A stretch of 61,854 nucleotides of DNA from an uncultured Clostridia bacterium. Its GTDB lineage: Bacteria > Bacillota > Clostridia > TANB77 > CAG-508. The stretch covers positions 1 to 61,854 of the forward strand of contig CASAUJ010000003.1 of assembly GCA_949118805.1 (NCBI GenBank). The letters run 5' to 3'. This document shows, in pieces, positions 39,522 to 49,007 of this stretch; position 1 is the stretch's first letter; every line of letters starts with the position of its first letter. The notes beneath the pieces were generated by a model. That model made no database searches. It was given only the letters and a program-made list of their open reading frames with translations, and was not told the origin of the DNA. The translations under genes were made by a program, and so were the position numbers.

Positions 39522-39663
39522 CTTTTTGGTGACTATATTTTAATTTAGTGGCCAATCCTCCTCTTAAATGTCTTTCTGCTTTATTTTCATCTAAAATAAT
39601 TCTAACTTCTTTTGCTAATCTTGGATTGATTTTCTTAAGTCTTTCTGATACATCTTTATGTAC
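39502..39663 (-). CDS. spoIIID: spoIIID, 3' segment (C-terminal ~53 codons), separated from its 5' segment by the intervening element
   Basis: Hand translation gives VHKDVSERLKKINPRLAKEVRIILDENKAERHLRGGLATKLKYSHQKENEDLG*. This closely parallels B. subtilis SpoIIID ...STVHKDLTERLPEINPDLANEVKEILDYHKSIRHLRGGEATKLKYK. No start codon or RBS of its own. Confidence 0.85.
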   Translation of the reverse strand, partial: VHKDVSERLKKINPRLAKEVRIILDENKAERHLRGGLATKLKYSHQKENEDLG

Positions 39664-39665
39664 TG
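39646..39665. repeat. putative attachment site (left junction) of the spoIIID-intervening element
   Basis: TGATACATCTTTATGTACTG versus TGTAACATCCGTGTGTACTG at 48988-49007: 15 of 20 identical, with shared cores TGTACTG and ACATC. Confidence 0.6.
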
Positions 39666-41236
39666 ACATTACTTTTCGTAACGGTAGAATTTATATCATT
39701 AAAATGAGTAATAACAGTTGGTGTACTTCCTATTTCGTTTAGTAATTTTAATCTTACTTCTACGTTTGAATCACTGTCTACTTCAATTACATCTATAATT
39801 GTTTTTAGCATGGCATTTGTGATTGTTTCGTTATTTAAAATGTCATCTACTGTACAAATTGTTTTTGATAATTCTTTTTCCAATACATCTTTTTCTTTTA
39901 TTTCTGATGTAATTAGTTTTAGTTCTCTTTCTAGTCTTGCTATATCTTCATTTAATGGATTGGTATATTTTTTTAGTTCTTGTATATTGATTACTTCGTT
40001 TTGGAACATCTCCATATATTTTTGCTTTTTAACTATTACTTTTTCTATTTCTTGAAGTATGCTTTCTTCACTTCTTTCGTTACTTTCTCTTAATTTGGTA
40101 ATCTTTTCAAATTCTTTTTCAACTGCTTTCATAAAGTTCTTTTTGTTCGAAATAATACTTTTTAAATATTCTTTTATTGCATTTAAAAGCTCTTCTTCAT
40201 CAATAACAGTAGTATTAGGGCAATGGTTTACACCCATTGAATTTCTTCCACTACATACCCATCTTATATATTCTTTGCCGTCTTCTGTGTATTTTCTTCT
40301 TATTCTTCTAAATGAATATCCACAATGTTTGCAATAGATAAGTGTACTAAATACATATTCCGTTTTTTCTCTTTTATTATTTAGTTTAAATTCGTTTGAC
40401 CTTTGGGCTAGAATATCTTGTGCTCTATTAAATAATTCGTCTGATATAATTCTCATTTCTGGTTTATCTACTATAATCCATTCTTCTTCAGGCAAGTCTT
40501 TTCTTGTTCCTGTTATAAAATCTGTAACTTCACTTTTTTTATTGGTTACTCTTCCTGTATAGATTGGATTTTTAAGCATTCTTACAATAGAAGTTTGTAC
40601 CCATTTTGATTTTGTTTTTTTAGTTCTTATTCCTCTATCATTTAAGTCCCAAGCAATTTTTGTTGTTCCAATTCCTTTATATACATAGCTTTCAAATATT
40701 TCTTTTACTATTTTTGCTTCTTCTTCATTTATTTTTAGTGTATATCTTTCATCTGGTATTTTATCATATCCAAATACAATATTAGGAACTCGCCCTTTTT
40801 TAGCAGTGATGTCCTTTCCAAATTTAACCCTTTTAGACATATTGGCACTTTCTTGTTGTGCCATTGCTCCTAAAATGGTTAATATAAATTCAGAGCCACC
40901 TTCCATTATTTCACCATTGTTTAAGAAATCAACTTCAATCCCATAAGACTTTAGCTCTCTAATACTTTGTAATAAATCTACTGTATTTCTGGCAAAACGG
41001 CTTACATCTTTTACTACTACTTTATCAAATTTCTTTGCTTTAGCATCTTGCATCATTGCCTGAAATTGTTTTCTGTGTTTGATTTGCTTTCCTGATATTC
41101 CTTCGTCTGCATATAGTTTGTACAATTCATAATTATTCTTTTTGGTAAATTCATTAAAAAACTCAATTTGCTTTTCAAATGATTCAACTTGTGATTCTTT
41201 TTCAGTTGATACTCTTGCATATGCTGCAATTTTCAT
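39656..41236 (-). CDS. large serine recombinase (SpoIVCA/phage-integrase type)
   Basis: MKIAAYARVSTEKESQ...YADEGISGKQ resolvase catalytic domain, recombinase domain, Cys-rich zinc ribbon (CKHCGYSF...WVCSG...HC) and coiled-coil. The stop codon lies 1 nt outside the shared att core. Confidence 0.9.
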   Translation of the reverse strand: MKIAAYARVSTEKESQVESFEKQIEFFNEFTKKNNYELYKLYADEGISGKQIKHRKQFQAMMQDAKAKKFDKVVVKDVSRFARNTVDLLQSIRELKSYGIEVDFLNNGEIMEGGSEFILTILGAMAQQESANMSKRVKFGKDITAKKGRVPNIVFGYDKIPDERYTLKINEEEAKIVKEIFESYVYKGIGTTKIAWDLNDRGIRTKKTKSKWVQTSIVRMLKNPIYTGRVTNKKSEVTDFITGTRKDLPEEEWIIVDKPEMRIISDELFNRAQDILAQRSNEFKLNNKREKTEYVFSTLIYCKHCGYSFRRIRRKYTEDGKEYIRWVCSGRNSMGVNHCPNTTVIDEEELLNAIKEYLKSIISNKKNFMKAVEKEFEKITKLRESNERSEESILQEIEKVIVKKQKYMEMFQNEVINIQELKKYTNPLNEDIARLERELKLITSEIKEKDVLEKELSKTICTVDDILNNETITNAMLKTIIDVIEVDSDSNVEVRLKLLNEIGSTPTVITHFNDINSTVTKSNVST

Positions 41237-41351
41237 AACATCACTACTTTCTTTTTATTTTTCTGTATCTTTATTATCGTTCTGTTACATTTTATCATAT
41301 TGATTTTAGAAAAGCAATACATAGTAAAAAATCTACTCATAAAAGTAGATT

Positions 41352-42092
41352 TTAGTTTTTCATTTTATAAACATTATTTTTAATTCCAATCATTTCTATT
41401 GTTTCCAACATATTAGTAATAGCATTTATTAAATCGGAAATTGATAGTTGTTGTAATACTTTTCTAGTTTTAAAGTCCCATACATTATTTTTAATTGTCA
41501 TCCATTGTTCATGAACAAACCTATTTCTTATTTTCTTGGCTTGTATGATAATTTTCTTTTCTTTTTCAACACTTTTTAATAGATTATTCCTATCATAAAT
41601 TTTTAATACTTTTATACATTCCTTTGTATTCTGTGGTTTTGTTTTAATATCTACTTCCAATTTTTCAATAAATGTATTAGTTATCTCTTTCAATACTCCT
41701 TCAAAAAAGGATAATAAACACATTATAATTGTATTAGTACTTATTTGTTCTGTTAAAGGCATCCAATAATTTTTCTCCTCTTCTTCACCAAAATACAATT
41801 CGACTAAATCATTAGCATCCGAATATGTTCCATCATCAAACTTTACTGTTTCAAAATTATCATCTTGCATCCATTCCAATAATTCTTTCATTCTATTGTC
41901 AATACCCTTGATTCTATTATTAACACTTTCTGTAATAAAATATGCATAATCATTTAAAGCATAAAATTGCGTTGAATACTTATCCATTTTTTTGTCAGTA
42001 GTAATTGTTCTAAAAATTCTATATGGATTTTCTCTTTTACTATTAAATCCATCAAATATTATATCTTCTTTACTATATAGTCTTTCCATCAT
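41352..42092 (-). CDS. hypothetical protein with HEPN-like RNxxxH motif (Abi-like)
   Basis: 246 aa. KKIRNRFVHEQW near the C-terminus fits the HEPN Rx4-6H (RNxxxH) signature. The rest is unrecognised. Confidence 0.45.
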   Translation of the reverse strand: MMERLYSKEDIIFDGFNSKRENPYRIFRTITTDKKMDKYSTQFYALNDYAYFITESVNNRIKGIDNRMKELLEWMQDDNFETVKFDDGTYSDANDLVELYFGEEEEKNYWMPLTEQISTNTIIMCLLSFFEGVLKEITNTFIEKLEVDIKTKPQNTKECIKVLKIYDRNNLLKSVEKEKKIIIQAKKIRNRFVHEQWMTIKNNVWDFKTRKVLQQLSISDLINAITNMLETIEMIGIKNNVYKMKN

Positions 42093-42098
42093 AACTCT

Positions 42099-43526
42099 TT
42101 ATATATTCACTTTCCAATATCCATTTTTTTTAGAACCTAATCGTTCTAATATTCCCATATCTTTTAAAACTTTTATATTTCTATAAATTGAATTTCTAGT
42201 TTTATTTAACTCCACTGCAATTTCTTCTTGAGTAATATAATTATCTTTAGAAACCACCTCAATTATATCAATATATACTTTTCTTAATTCTGGATATTTT
42301 TCTTTCACTTTTAATACTACATTTTTTGCTACATTTTCATCATTTAATGCTACGTTTTTTGTATCAATTTTATTTTCTCCTGTTAAGTCAAGTAATTCTT
42401 CATCAGTCTTTCTATAAAATATAACCATAAAGCCATTTTTTCTGATTTCAAACTTTACTTTAACATCTGCTTTTGCACATACTTCTGTAATTCTTCTAAA
42501 ACCAGAACCCCATTTTTCAATATCTTTTGATAAATATAAAGTATTTGCTATTAATGGATTTCTTGGAATAGATCCTTCTCCTTTAATAAAATCTTCTGGT
42601 TTATATCCTTCTGGAAACTCTCCAGGATTAAATATTTCTACTCTATCTTTATAGATTGCTACTTCATTACTTTTCGGATTTTTAAAATCTCTGTGTATAA
42701 GTGAATTTATTATCGCTTCTCTTATTGCTTCTAAAGGTATTTCTGGTATTTCTACTCTTTCCATTCCACCGCTTTTAAAATTAACAGGCCATTTTATATT
42801 TTTTCTAATATATCCTTCTCCTGTTTCTATTAATTCAAAAATATTTCCAAATACTTGATCCATATCTAAAAAAGTTAGTTTTGTTTCTGTCGCAAAAATA
42901 GCCATTTGCATTTCAAGTTTTGCTTCCTTTGCAAACAAGATATATCCTGCATTTAATAGTTCATTATTCTTATTCACTAAAGATAATTTTTTTAATATTT
43001 CTTCTTTGTTTGTATATGGAAATTTGATTCTTTTTGCTTTTCTCCCCTTTTCTATAAACTCTTTTAACAATTCTTCATCAATATCATCTATTGTATAATC
43101 AGATACTTTGCTTTCCCATTTACCTATTTCGTTTTCATCTTTTAATATTATTTTTCTTATTTCTTTCATTGAAAGTTGTCTATCTTCATCTCCAACTCTC
43201 ATATAAGCTCGTCCAAAAGCTAAATAAGGAATATCGTCTCCTTCAAATTCAACTAATATACAGTCTTTGTCATTTAATTTAACTTTATTCACAACTGGAT
43301 ATATTTTAGGTTCTATATTTTCAGATATTGCTTTTGAAACTTCTCTTATTGTTTTACTTGATACATCTTGTCCAATGATTTCTCCATTATCTTTTATTCC
43401 AAAATACAATTTTCCACCTTGATGTTTATTTAATATTGAAACAATAGAAATTATGCCTTCTTTTAATTCTCCTGTTGTTTTCTTAAATTCTATAACTTCA
43501 TTTTCTAAAAAATTTATATTTGCCAT
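42099..43526 (-). CDS. AlbA_2 (Schlafen-like) + HATPase_c_4 + C-terminal wHTH protein ('RecG-like putative DNA-binding' family)
   Basis: ENEVIEFKKTTGELKEGIISIVSILNKHQGGKLYFGIKDNGEIIG (AlbA_2); EAIREAIINSLIHRDF (HATPase_c_4-like); C-terminal ITQEEIAVELNKTRNSIYRNIKVLKDMGILER HTH. Confidence 0.65.
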   Translation of the reverse strand: MANINFLENEVIEFKKTTGELKEGIISIVSILNKHQGGKLYFGIKDNGEIIGQDVSSKTIREVSKAISENIEPKIYPVVNKVKLNDKDCILVEFEGDDIPYLAFGRAYMRVGDEDRQLSMKEIRKIILKDENEIGKWESKVSDYTIDDIDEELLKEFIEKGRKAKRIKFPYTNKEEILKKLSLVNKNNELLNAGYILFAKEAKLEMQMAIFATETKLTFLDMDQVFGNIFELIETGEGYIRKNIKWPVNFKSGGMERVEIPEIPLEAIREAIINSLIHRDFKNPKSNEVAIYKDRVEIFNPGEFPEGYKPEDFIKGEGSIPRNPLIANTLYLSKDIEKWGSGFRRITEVCAKADVKVKFEIRKNGFMVIFYRKTDEELLDLTGENKIDTKNVALNDENVAKNVVLKVKEKYPELRKVYIDIIEVVSKDNYITQEEIAVELNKTRNSIYRNIKVLKDMGILERLGSKKNGYWKVNI

Positions 43527-43607
43527 AAAATTATTCTCCTATATACATTTTTCTTTGCTCAAATTATAGCATAAGTTATTTAAAATTTATAGTGTTTTTG
43601 TAAATTT

Positions 43608-43799
43608 TTACAATTCTAATTCATCTTCTATTTTGCGAGAATTTTGATAAGTATCTGAATTGTTGTAGTCAAATTTTATCTTTTCATCATTCTCAGCTAG
43701 ATTATATGCAAGAACTCCAGCCATAGCTTGTACTATCTGTTCTTCTGTATTAGGATTAATAAATTTAATATTCAAACTCTTTTTCAAAATTCTCACCAA
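43608..43799 (-). CDS. hypothetical small protein
   Basis: 63-aa ORF with a non-ATG start. No family recognised. Confidence 0.3.
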   Translation of the reverse strand: MVRILKKSLNIKFINPNTEEQIVQAMAGVLAYNLAENDEKIKFDYNNSDTYQNSRKIEDELEL

Positions 43800-43928
43800 C
43801 TTTCTTTTAATACTATGTTTTATCTAAAGCTTTTAGTACATTATATGATGAGATTTTGATAGATTCAATTCCGTTTTATTTCCCTTTTTTCTAAATTGTT
43901 AAACTGTATTTTCCAATCTTCACTTTTT

Positions 43929-44349
43929 CTAATCTGAAACAGTAGGAATAAATCTAATTTTAGAATTTTCAACATTAGGCTTACTTATATTTTCAAAACA
44001 AGGAAATACTCCTCCATCTGCTACTTTTATTATTTCAAAACTATCCTTAATATAATTATAAGTATCTTCTATTATATTTGAACATAAATATTTTATATTC
44101 TTTTTGTTTTAATGTTTTATAATATTCTATTAATTTACTATTAGTTATAAATCCATTTAAGCAATCTTTCCATTTTGGATTATGAAAAATTATATCATTT
44201 AGTTCTTTTCTTTTACCCTCTTCTCTATTTAATTTGTCTAAATATATTTTTGGATTGTAGTCAAGTAACACTCCACCTATATCCAATATTATATTTCTTA
44301 TCTTGCACTTACTCTCTTTCTTAATTTTTTTACTAATATAGCTATTCAT
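43929..44349 (-). pseudogene. HAD-superfamily hydrolase remnant, frameshifted
   Basis: IRNIILDIGGVLLDY is HAD motif I. The frame changes near 44085 (A/T-rich run, not a CGG site), continuing as KYLCSNIIEDTYNYIKDSFEIIKVADGGVF... and ending early. Confidence 0.55.
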
Positions 44350-44848
44350 TATCTTTTAATTTATATTCAACATCTAAAATATTTTCTTTTTCATCTACTT
44401 GAATATACATTTTAAAGTTATATTGATCATCAACTAATCCTTTTATGAAGAATCTATTTAAAATCATTATATTAGATAATATCTTTTCCTTTTGTAGCAA
44501 TTCATTGATTTCTATCCATTCTGATGTATTTTCTTCAAATTCTTGTAGTTTTCCCTCATATTCATTTGAAACAAATACATCAAAATCAAATATTCTATTA
44601 GGATATTCAATTATCATATTTCCTTTATATTTTAAGTTCTTAACTTTTAATCCAGTTTCTTCTTTCATTTCTCTAATTGCTGTTTCTTTAGTTTTTTCAC
44701 CTCCTTCAATTTTCCCACCAGGTATATCATAGTATCCAAATTTTCTATTTCCTTCTTTATACTTTGTAACTACTACTTTTTCATCTTTTATCAAATAGCA
44801 TCTTACTGCTTTTCTTATTTGCTTTTCCATATAATACTTATCTCCCAT
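44342..44848 (-). CDS. Nudix hydrolase (MutT-like)
   Basis: GGKIEGGEKTKETAIREMKEETGL Nudix box. It overlaps the HAD remnant start by 8 nt. Confidence 0.8.
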   Translation of the reverse strand: MGDKYYMEKQIRKAVRCYLIKDEKVVVTKYKEGNRKFGYYDIPGGKIEGGEKTKETAIREMKEETGLKVKNLKYKGNMIIEYPNRIFDFDVFVSNEYEGKLQEFEENTSEWIEINELLQKEKILSNIMILNRFFIKGLVDDQYNFKMYIQVDEKENILDVEYKLKDNE

Positions 44849-44887
44849 ATAACTCTCAACTATCGCATTTTATAAGATAATTGAATT

Positions 44888-45511
44888 CTATTTTTCAATT
44901 TCATTTTCATATATATTTTTGTATTGTTCAAACTTAACTTTCGCTCTTAGTAGTCCTGCATCTACTGCTATTTTTAAGTAATGCTCTGATAATTTCAAAT
45001 TTTTTTCTGTTCCAACTCCGTTATAATAAAAATTCGCTCCCAAATCATAAATTGCTGGAAGATGTCCTTGCATTGCACAATTATGTATTAATTCAAATGC
45101 CTTCTTTTCATCTCTTTCAATATTTCCAAATCCAAAATAGTAATAAGCTCCTAAACAAAATTTTGAAAATGCTTGTTTTCTTGGCTCCTGTTCTTCTTCC
45201 TCTATAAGTTCTAATAGCGGTTTATACGCCTCCATATGTATTTGTTTTGCTTTTTCCTTATCCTGTTCTACTCCATCCCCAAAATGATAGCAAGCACCAA
45301 CTCCATAGGCACAACGGGGATCTCCTAGCTCTTTTCCTTTTCCATACCAGTACATTGCTTTTTCAAAACTTTGCTCTGCTCCATTTTCCTGACTATCATA
45401 ACTTCTTCCCAAAATATAGCATGCAAGCTTATCTCCATTTTTAGCTTTCATTTCTAAATCTTCTAAATTAAATATCATTGGCTTTATTATATTATTCACT
45501 TTTAACTTCAC
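44888..45511 (-). CDS. Sel1/TPR-like repeat protein
   Basis: Repeated A.YWY.KGAELG...A.Y.LG.CY..G.GVE.D..KA units. Confidence 0.8.
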   Translation of the reverse strand: MKLKVNNIIKPMIFNLEDLEMKAKNGDKLACYILGRSYDSQENGAEQSFEKAMYWYGKGKELGDPRCAYGVGACYHFGDGVEQDKEKAKQIHMEAYKPLLELIEEEEQEPRKQAFSKFCLGAYYYFGFGNIERDEKKAFELIHNCAMQGHLPAIYDLGANFYYNGVGTEKNLKLSEHYLKIAVDAGLLRAKVKFEQYKNIYENEIEK

Positions 45512-45975
45512 CCAATTTCTTTAATAAAATATATCTTTTTATATTTTCATCTTGAAATATTTTCTCCAGCACTATATTAACTCTCCAATTATCGCCAAAA
45601 TCATATTGAAAGTCCATTTTTTCATTTTCTTTATCTGATACCCATTTCAAATTCACATCTTTAGCATCTTTTAATTCTCTATATCTTTTATCTACTCTTG
45701 GAATCATATTATCATCTTTAAATATACATCCATATTGTCCAAATTTGAAGAAATCATCATTTCTAAAATCTCTAAATGTTTATTATAATATTCTAAATTA
45801 TTTAGTTCATTTACTTCAAATAAATATAAATCACTGCCTTGTATTTCAAAAAGAGTCATTAATGTATAAGCTAACCTTATAACTTTATATCATTCATCAC
45901 TTGAAATCTTCTCCATATTTTGGGTTATGAGTCTTGTAATTCTGTATACATTTGATATATTGTTTTACTTGCCAT
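45492..45975 (-). pseudogene. pRiA4b ORF-3-like protein remnant, multiply disrupted
   Basis: MASKTIYQMYTELQDS*, PKIWRRFQV... and ...DFGDNWRVNIVLEKI (family-typical IWRR and GDxW motifs) lie in different frames with internal stops. Confidence 0.55.
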
Positions 45976-45988
45976 AATATCTCATCTC

Positions 45989-48829
45989 CTATTTTATAAT
46001 TTTTTCTCTTATTGATGAAATTATTTTCTCTTCATCATAAGACTCACCACCTGTTTCAAATCTTAACATGTCTATTCCATTCTTTTTAGCTATATTATCC
46101 TTTATCCTATCTTTTTCTAATTGTTTTGGATTATTTTTATGATATTTAAAACCATCAACTTCTATAAATAATTTTGGCTTATTATCCATTTTATCATATA
46201 TAACAAAATCTACTCTTGCACCATTATTCACATATGATTTCTCTTCATCATTTAAATTGTCTAGATTTTTAAAAATATTTCTAATAACTATTTCTCTTTC
46301 ATATTTATAATCTTTATAGTCTTCCTTTTTTAATTCATTATTCAAAATAGTATCCATTATATTTTCACTTTTGAATCTCGATCTATTAAGCAAATTACTA
46401 TTTAATTTTTCTAACTTTTTTGAATATTCTTTGTACAATAAATCAAATACTGAAACTATTTGACTATCAATAATTTCTGAATCTAATTCATTATATTTAA
46501 TATACTTTAATAATGCCTTTACATCGTTTCCCTCTTCATTAAATAATCTTCTATCTGTCACTATAACAAATTGTTTAATCGCTCTTGAGACTGCAACATT
46601 TATCATACAAGGATCATCTACAAAAGCAATGCCTCTTTTTCCCATGCTACTATTATCCAGTACAGTAGAAAGTATCATTAGCTTTTTCTCTCTTCCTTGG
46701 AATTTGTGAATTGTATCACTCTCTATATCTTCTTCTGTAGCTTTTTGTATATTATTTGCCTGCATTCTATAAGGTGTTGTAATTCCTATTTCGTCATCAC
46801 TGTATTGATTCGTCCTCTCATCTTGTAAAACCTCATCTTTTATAACTTCTAGTTCTCGTTCATTAAATGTACCTTTTTTATTTCTCCTTGTAATCTTTCT
46901 CATATGATTTCCCTCAGCTGTATAATACAATATTAAAGGTTTCTTTACTTGTTTATGCTCTTTAGTAGAAAATGCTATTAATTCATTATTGTAATATCTT
47001 TTATTACAAAATTCTATGATTTTAGGATGACATCTATAATGCTCTTTTAATGTTTCTCTTGGTATTTTATTACAATAGGTTCGTAATATTGCTGATAAAA
47101 TGCTATTTTCAAAATAATCATAACATATATCAACTTCTAAATTAGATATTTTTTCTTTTATCGTTTTATCCACTATTTGTGGTAATTGTTTTTCATCCCC
47201 TACTATTATTGCATTTTTAGCACAAGATAAGGCAAGTGAACCTGCTAATAAATCTACTTGTGAAGATTCATCTATAATTACATAATCAAACATAAAGTTA
47301 TTTGGTATGCAATTTCTTAAAGAATAGGTTGTACTTAATACAATTGGAAATGCTTGTAAAAAATCATCTATATTTTCTTTATAGTTTTGTAAATTAAACT
47401 CATTATTTTTTTCATAGTATTTAATATATAATCTATTTTTGAAAATTTTTTCTGAAATATTTTGATGCTCCCTCTGTAATTGTTCAAATTTATGTATTTT
47501 CAATTCGTTTTTTATGTCTTTATATTCTTTTTCAAGTTTTTCTATTTTTATTTTATAAAATTCTCTTTGCAAACTTAATATGAACTCAATCAAATGCTCG
47601 TCTAATTGCTTAAAATTGATAATTCCATATTTGAATAGTAGTTTAATTTTATATAACCATTTTACTTTTATTTTTCCTTCATATAGTAATTGACTATCTA
47701 ATAAAAATTCCAAAATTCTGTCATCCGTTTTATGATAAAAAGACAATTTTTGTATTTCTTCTATATTCTGTTTTTTATAATATTCTTCAAAATATCTCTG
47801 TTCTAGCTTAAATTGATCTATTTCCTTTTCTAATTTCGCTTTTTTGTTATTTTTCTCTAATAAGTAATCTAAACTATTGTTTACTTCTTGTATACGGTTT
47901 AATAGTTGACTCTCATCTTCTTTTAAATTAAAGTTTTTAACATTTGGTTGTGGAAGATTTTCAAAAAATTTCTCTCTTTTGCTCTTTCTTCCTAAATCCG
48001 CAACTATAAAATCATATCCATCTTTTTTTAATTTATCCTTCACATTTTTTACTGCTTCATTATTATTAGAAACTACTGCTACTGTTTTATTTTGTATAAT
48101 AGTTAAATTAGCAATTATATTCAATATCGTTTGTGTTTTTCCTGTTCCTGGTGGACCTTGTATAATTGATATATTACTTTTAAATATATTTTCCATCGCT
48201 TCTTTTTGGCTCAAATTAAATCTAAATGGATAAATTATATTATACTTTTCTTCTGTTGGTTTCATTAAGCCAATTTTATTAATATAATAATTTAAAATAC
48301 TCTCTTGATTTATATAGTTTAATTTTTCATATTCCCTTTTTAAGAAACTTTCTTGTTTTTCTTCATGTTCGTTTTCTTCCTCCTCTTTACCACTTTTTAC
48401 ATAGTTTGATATTTCTTTAAAATATTCAATTATATTTTTATTCAAATTTTCTATTGTATTAGATTTAAACGATAAATCATTATATCTAAATATTTCTGTT
48501 TCTCCACTTCTATATATAATTTTTGCAAAATCTTCAAACCTAATTACTTTTTCAATATTAAATAAGATTTGATTTTTATAATATATATCTTTTTCTTTTA
48601 AATCTATTACTATCGGTTTTTCTTTTACTATTACATTTATCTTGTTATAAGGATATTCTTGTTTATTTTTATAAAATTTTATGTTTATTTTTCCATCATT
48701 ATCGCATTGTGAAAAATGTTCTATATCTTTTGTTTTATCTTCTCCTTTAAGAATTACTAATATCTTTTCTTCATCCATTATTTTTTCCTTTACTACTTTT
48801 ATGGACTTAATTTTACCATATCTTTCCAT
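45989..48829 (-). CDS. SF1 (Upf1/DNA2-like, AAA_11/AAA_12) helicase fused to C-terminal PD-(D/E)xK (DUF559/Vsr-like) nuclease domain, with unknown ~200-aa N-terminal domain
   Basis: IIQGPPGTGKTQT Walker A, YVIIDESSQV Walker B, TIHKFQGREKK. C-terminal VDFVIYDK...LFIEVDGFKYHKNNPKQLEKDRIKDNIAKKNGIDMLRF. Confidence 0.8.
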   Translation of the reverse strand: MERYGKIKSIKVVKEKIMDEEKILVILKGEDKTKDIEHFSQCDNDGKINIKFYKNKQEYPYNKINVIVKEKPIVIDLKEKDIYYKNQILFNIEKVIRFEDFAKIIYRSGETEIFRYNDLSFKSNTIENLNKNIIEYFKEISNYVKSGKEEEENEHEEKQESFLKREYEKLNYINQESILNYYINKIGLMKPTEEKYNIIYPFRFNLSQKEAMENIFKSNISIIQGPPGTGKTQTILNIIANLTIIQNKTVAVVSNNNEAVKNVKDKLKKDGYDFIVADLGRKSKREKFFENLPQPNVKNFNLKEDESQLLNRIQEVNNSLDYLLEKNNKKAKLEKEIDQFKLEQRYFEEYYKKQNIEEIQKLSFYHKTDDRILEFLLDSQLLYEGKIKVKWLYKIKLLFKYGIINFKQLDEHLIEFILSLQREFYKIKIEKLEKEYKDIKNELKIHKFEQLQREHQNISEKIFKNRLYIKYYEKNNEFNLQNYKENIDDFLQAFPIVLSTTYSLRNCIPNNFMFDYVIIDESSQVDLLAGSLALSCAKNAIIVGDEKQLPQIVDKTIKEKISNLEVDICYDYFENSILSAILRTYCNKIPRETLKEHYRCHPKIIEFCNKRYYNNELIAFSTKEHKQVKKPLILYYTAEGNHMRKITRRNKKGTFNERELEVIKDEVLQDERTNQYSDDEIGITTPYRMQANNIQKATEEDIESDTIHKFQGREKKLMILSTVLDNSSMGKRGIAFVDDPCMINVAVSRAIKQFVIVTDRRLFNEEGNDVKALLKYIKYNELDSEIIDSQIVSVFDLLYKEYSKKLEKLNSNLLNRSRFKSENIMDTILNNELKKEDYKDYKYEREIVIRNIFKNLDNLNDEEKSYVNNGARVDFVIYDKMDNKPKLFIEVDGFKYHKNNPKQLEKDRIKDNIAKKNGIDMLRFETGGESYDEEKIISSIREKIIK

Positions 48830-48987
48830 AAAAATAAAGCATTCTACACATTTAACATGTAAAATGCTTATAATTTTTATTTAATTACCAATCCCAATTT
48901 CACAACAGGATTTTTCGTTGCCAAGAAAACCCCCTTTATTTCAATACTTTCTGGAACGACTTGTCCAAATTCTAAACCGTTCTTTAG

Positions 48988-49007
48988 TGTAACATCCGTG
49001 TGTACTG
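48988..49007. repeat. putative attachment site (right junction) of the spoIIID-intervening element
   Basis: TGTAACATCCGTGTGTACTG, an imperfect direct repeat of 39646-39665. Confidence 0.6.

Larger units (their letters stand above)
39659..49000 (-). mobile_element. ~9.3 kb intervening (skin-like) element inserted in spoIIID, with large serine recombinase at one end
   Basis: It is bounded by the two halves of spoIIID and by imperfect direct repeats. The recombinase gene abuts the left junction. Deleting 39659-49000 reconstitutes a 90-codon spoIIID. Exact crossover is unknown (within the shared core). Confidence 0.8.

Noticed and set aside
39659-49000. Interpreting the 9.3 kb element as a prophage
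   Set aside because: No capsid, portal, terminase, tail, lysis or repressor genes are present. The content is a recombinase plus defence-like and decayed accessory genes, so it is a skin-like remnant or island rather than a phage.
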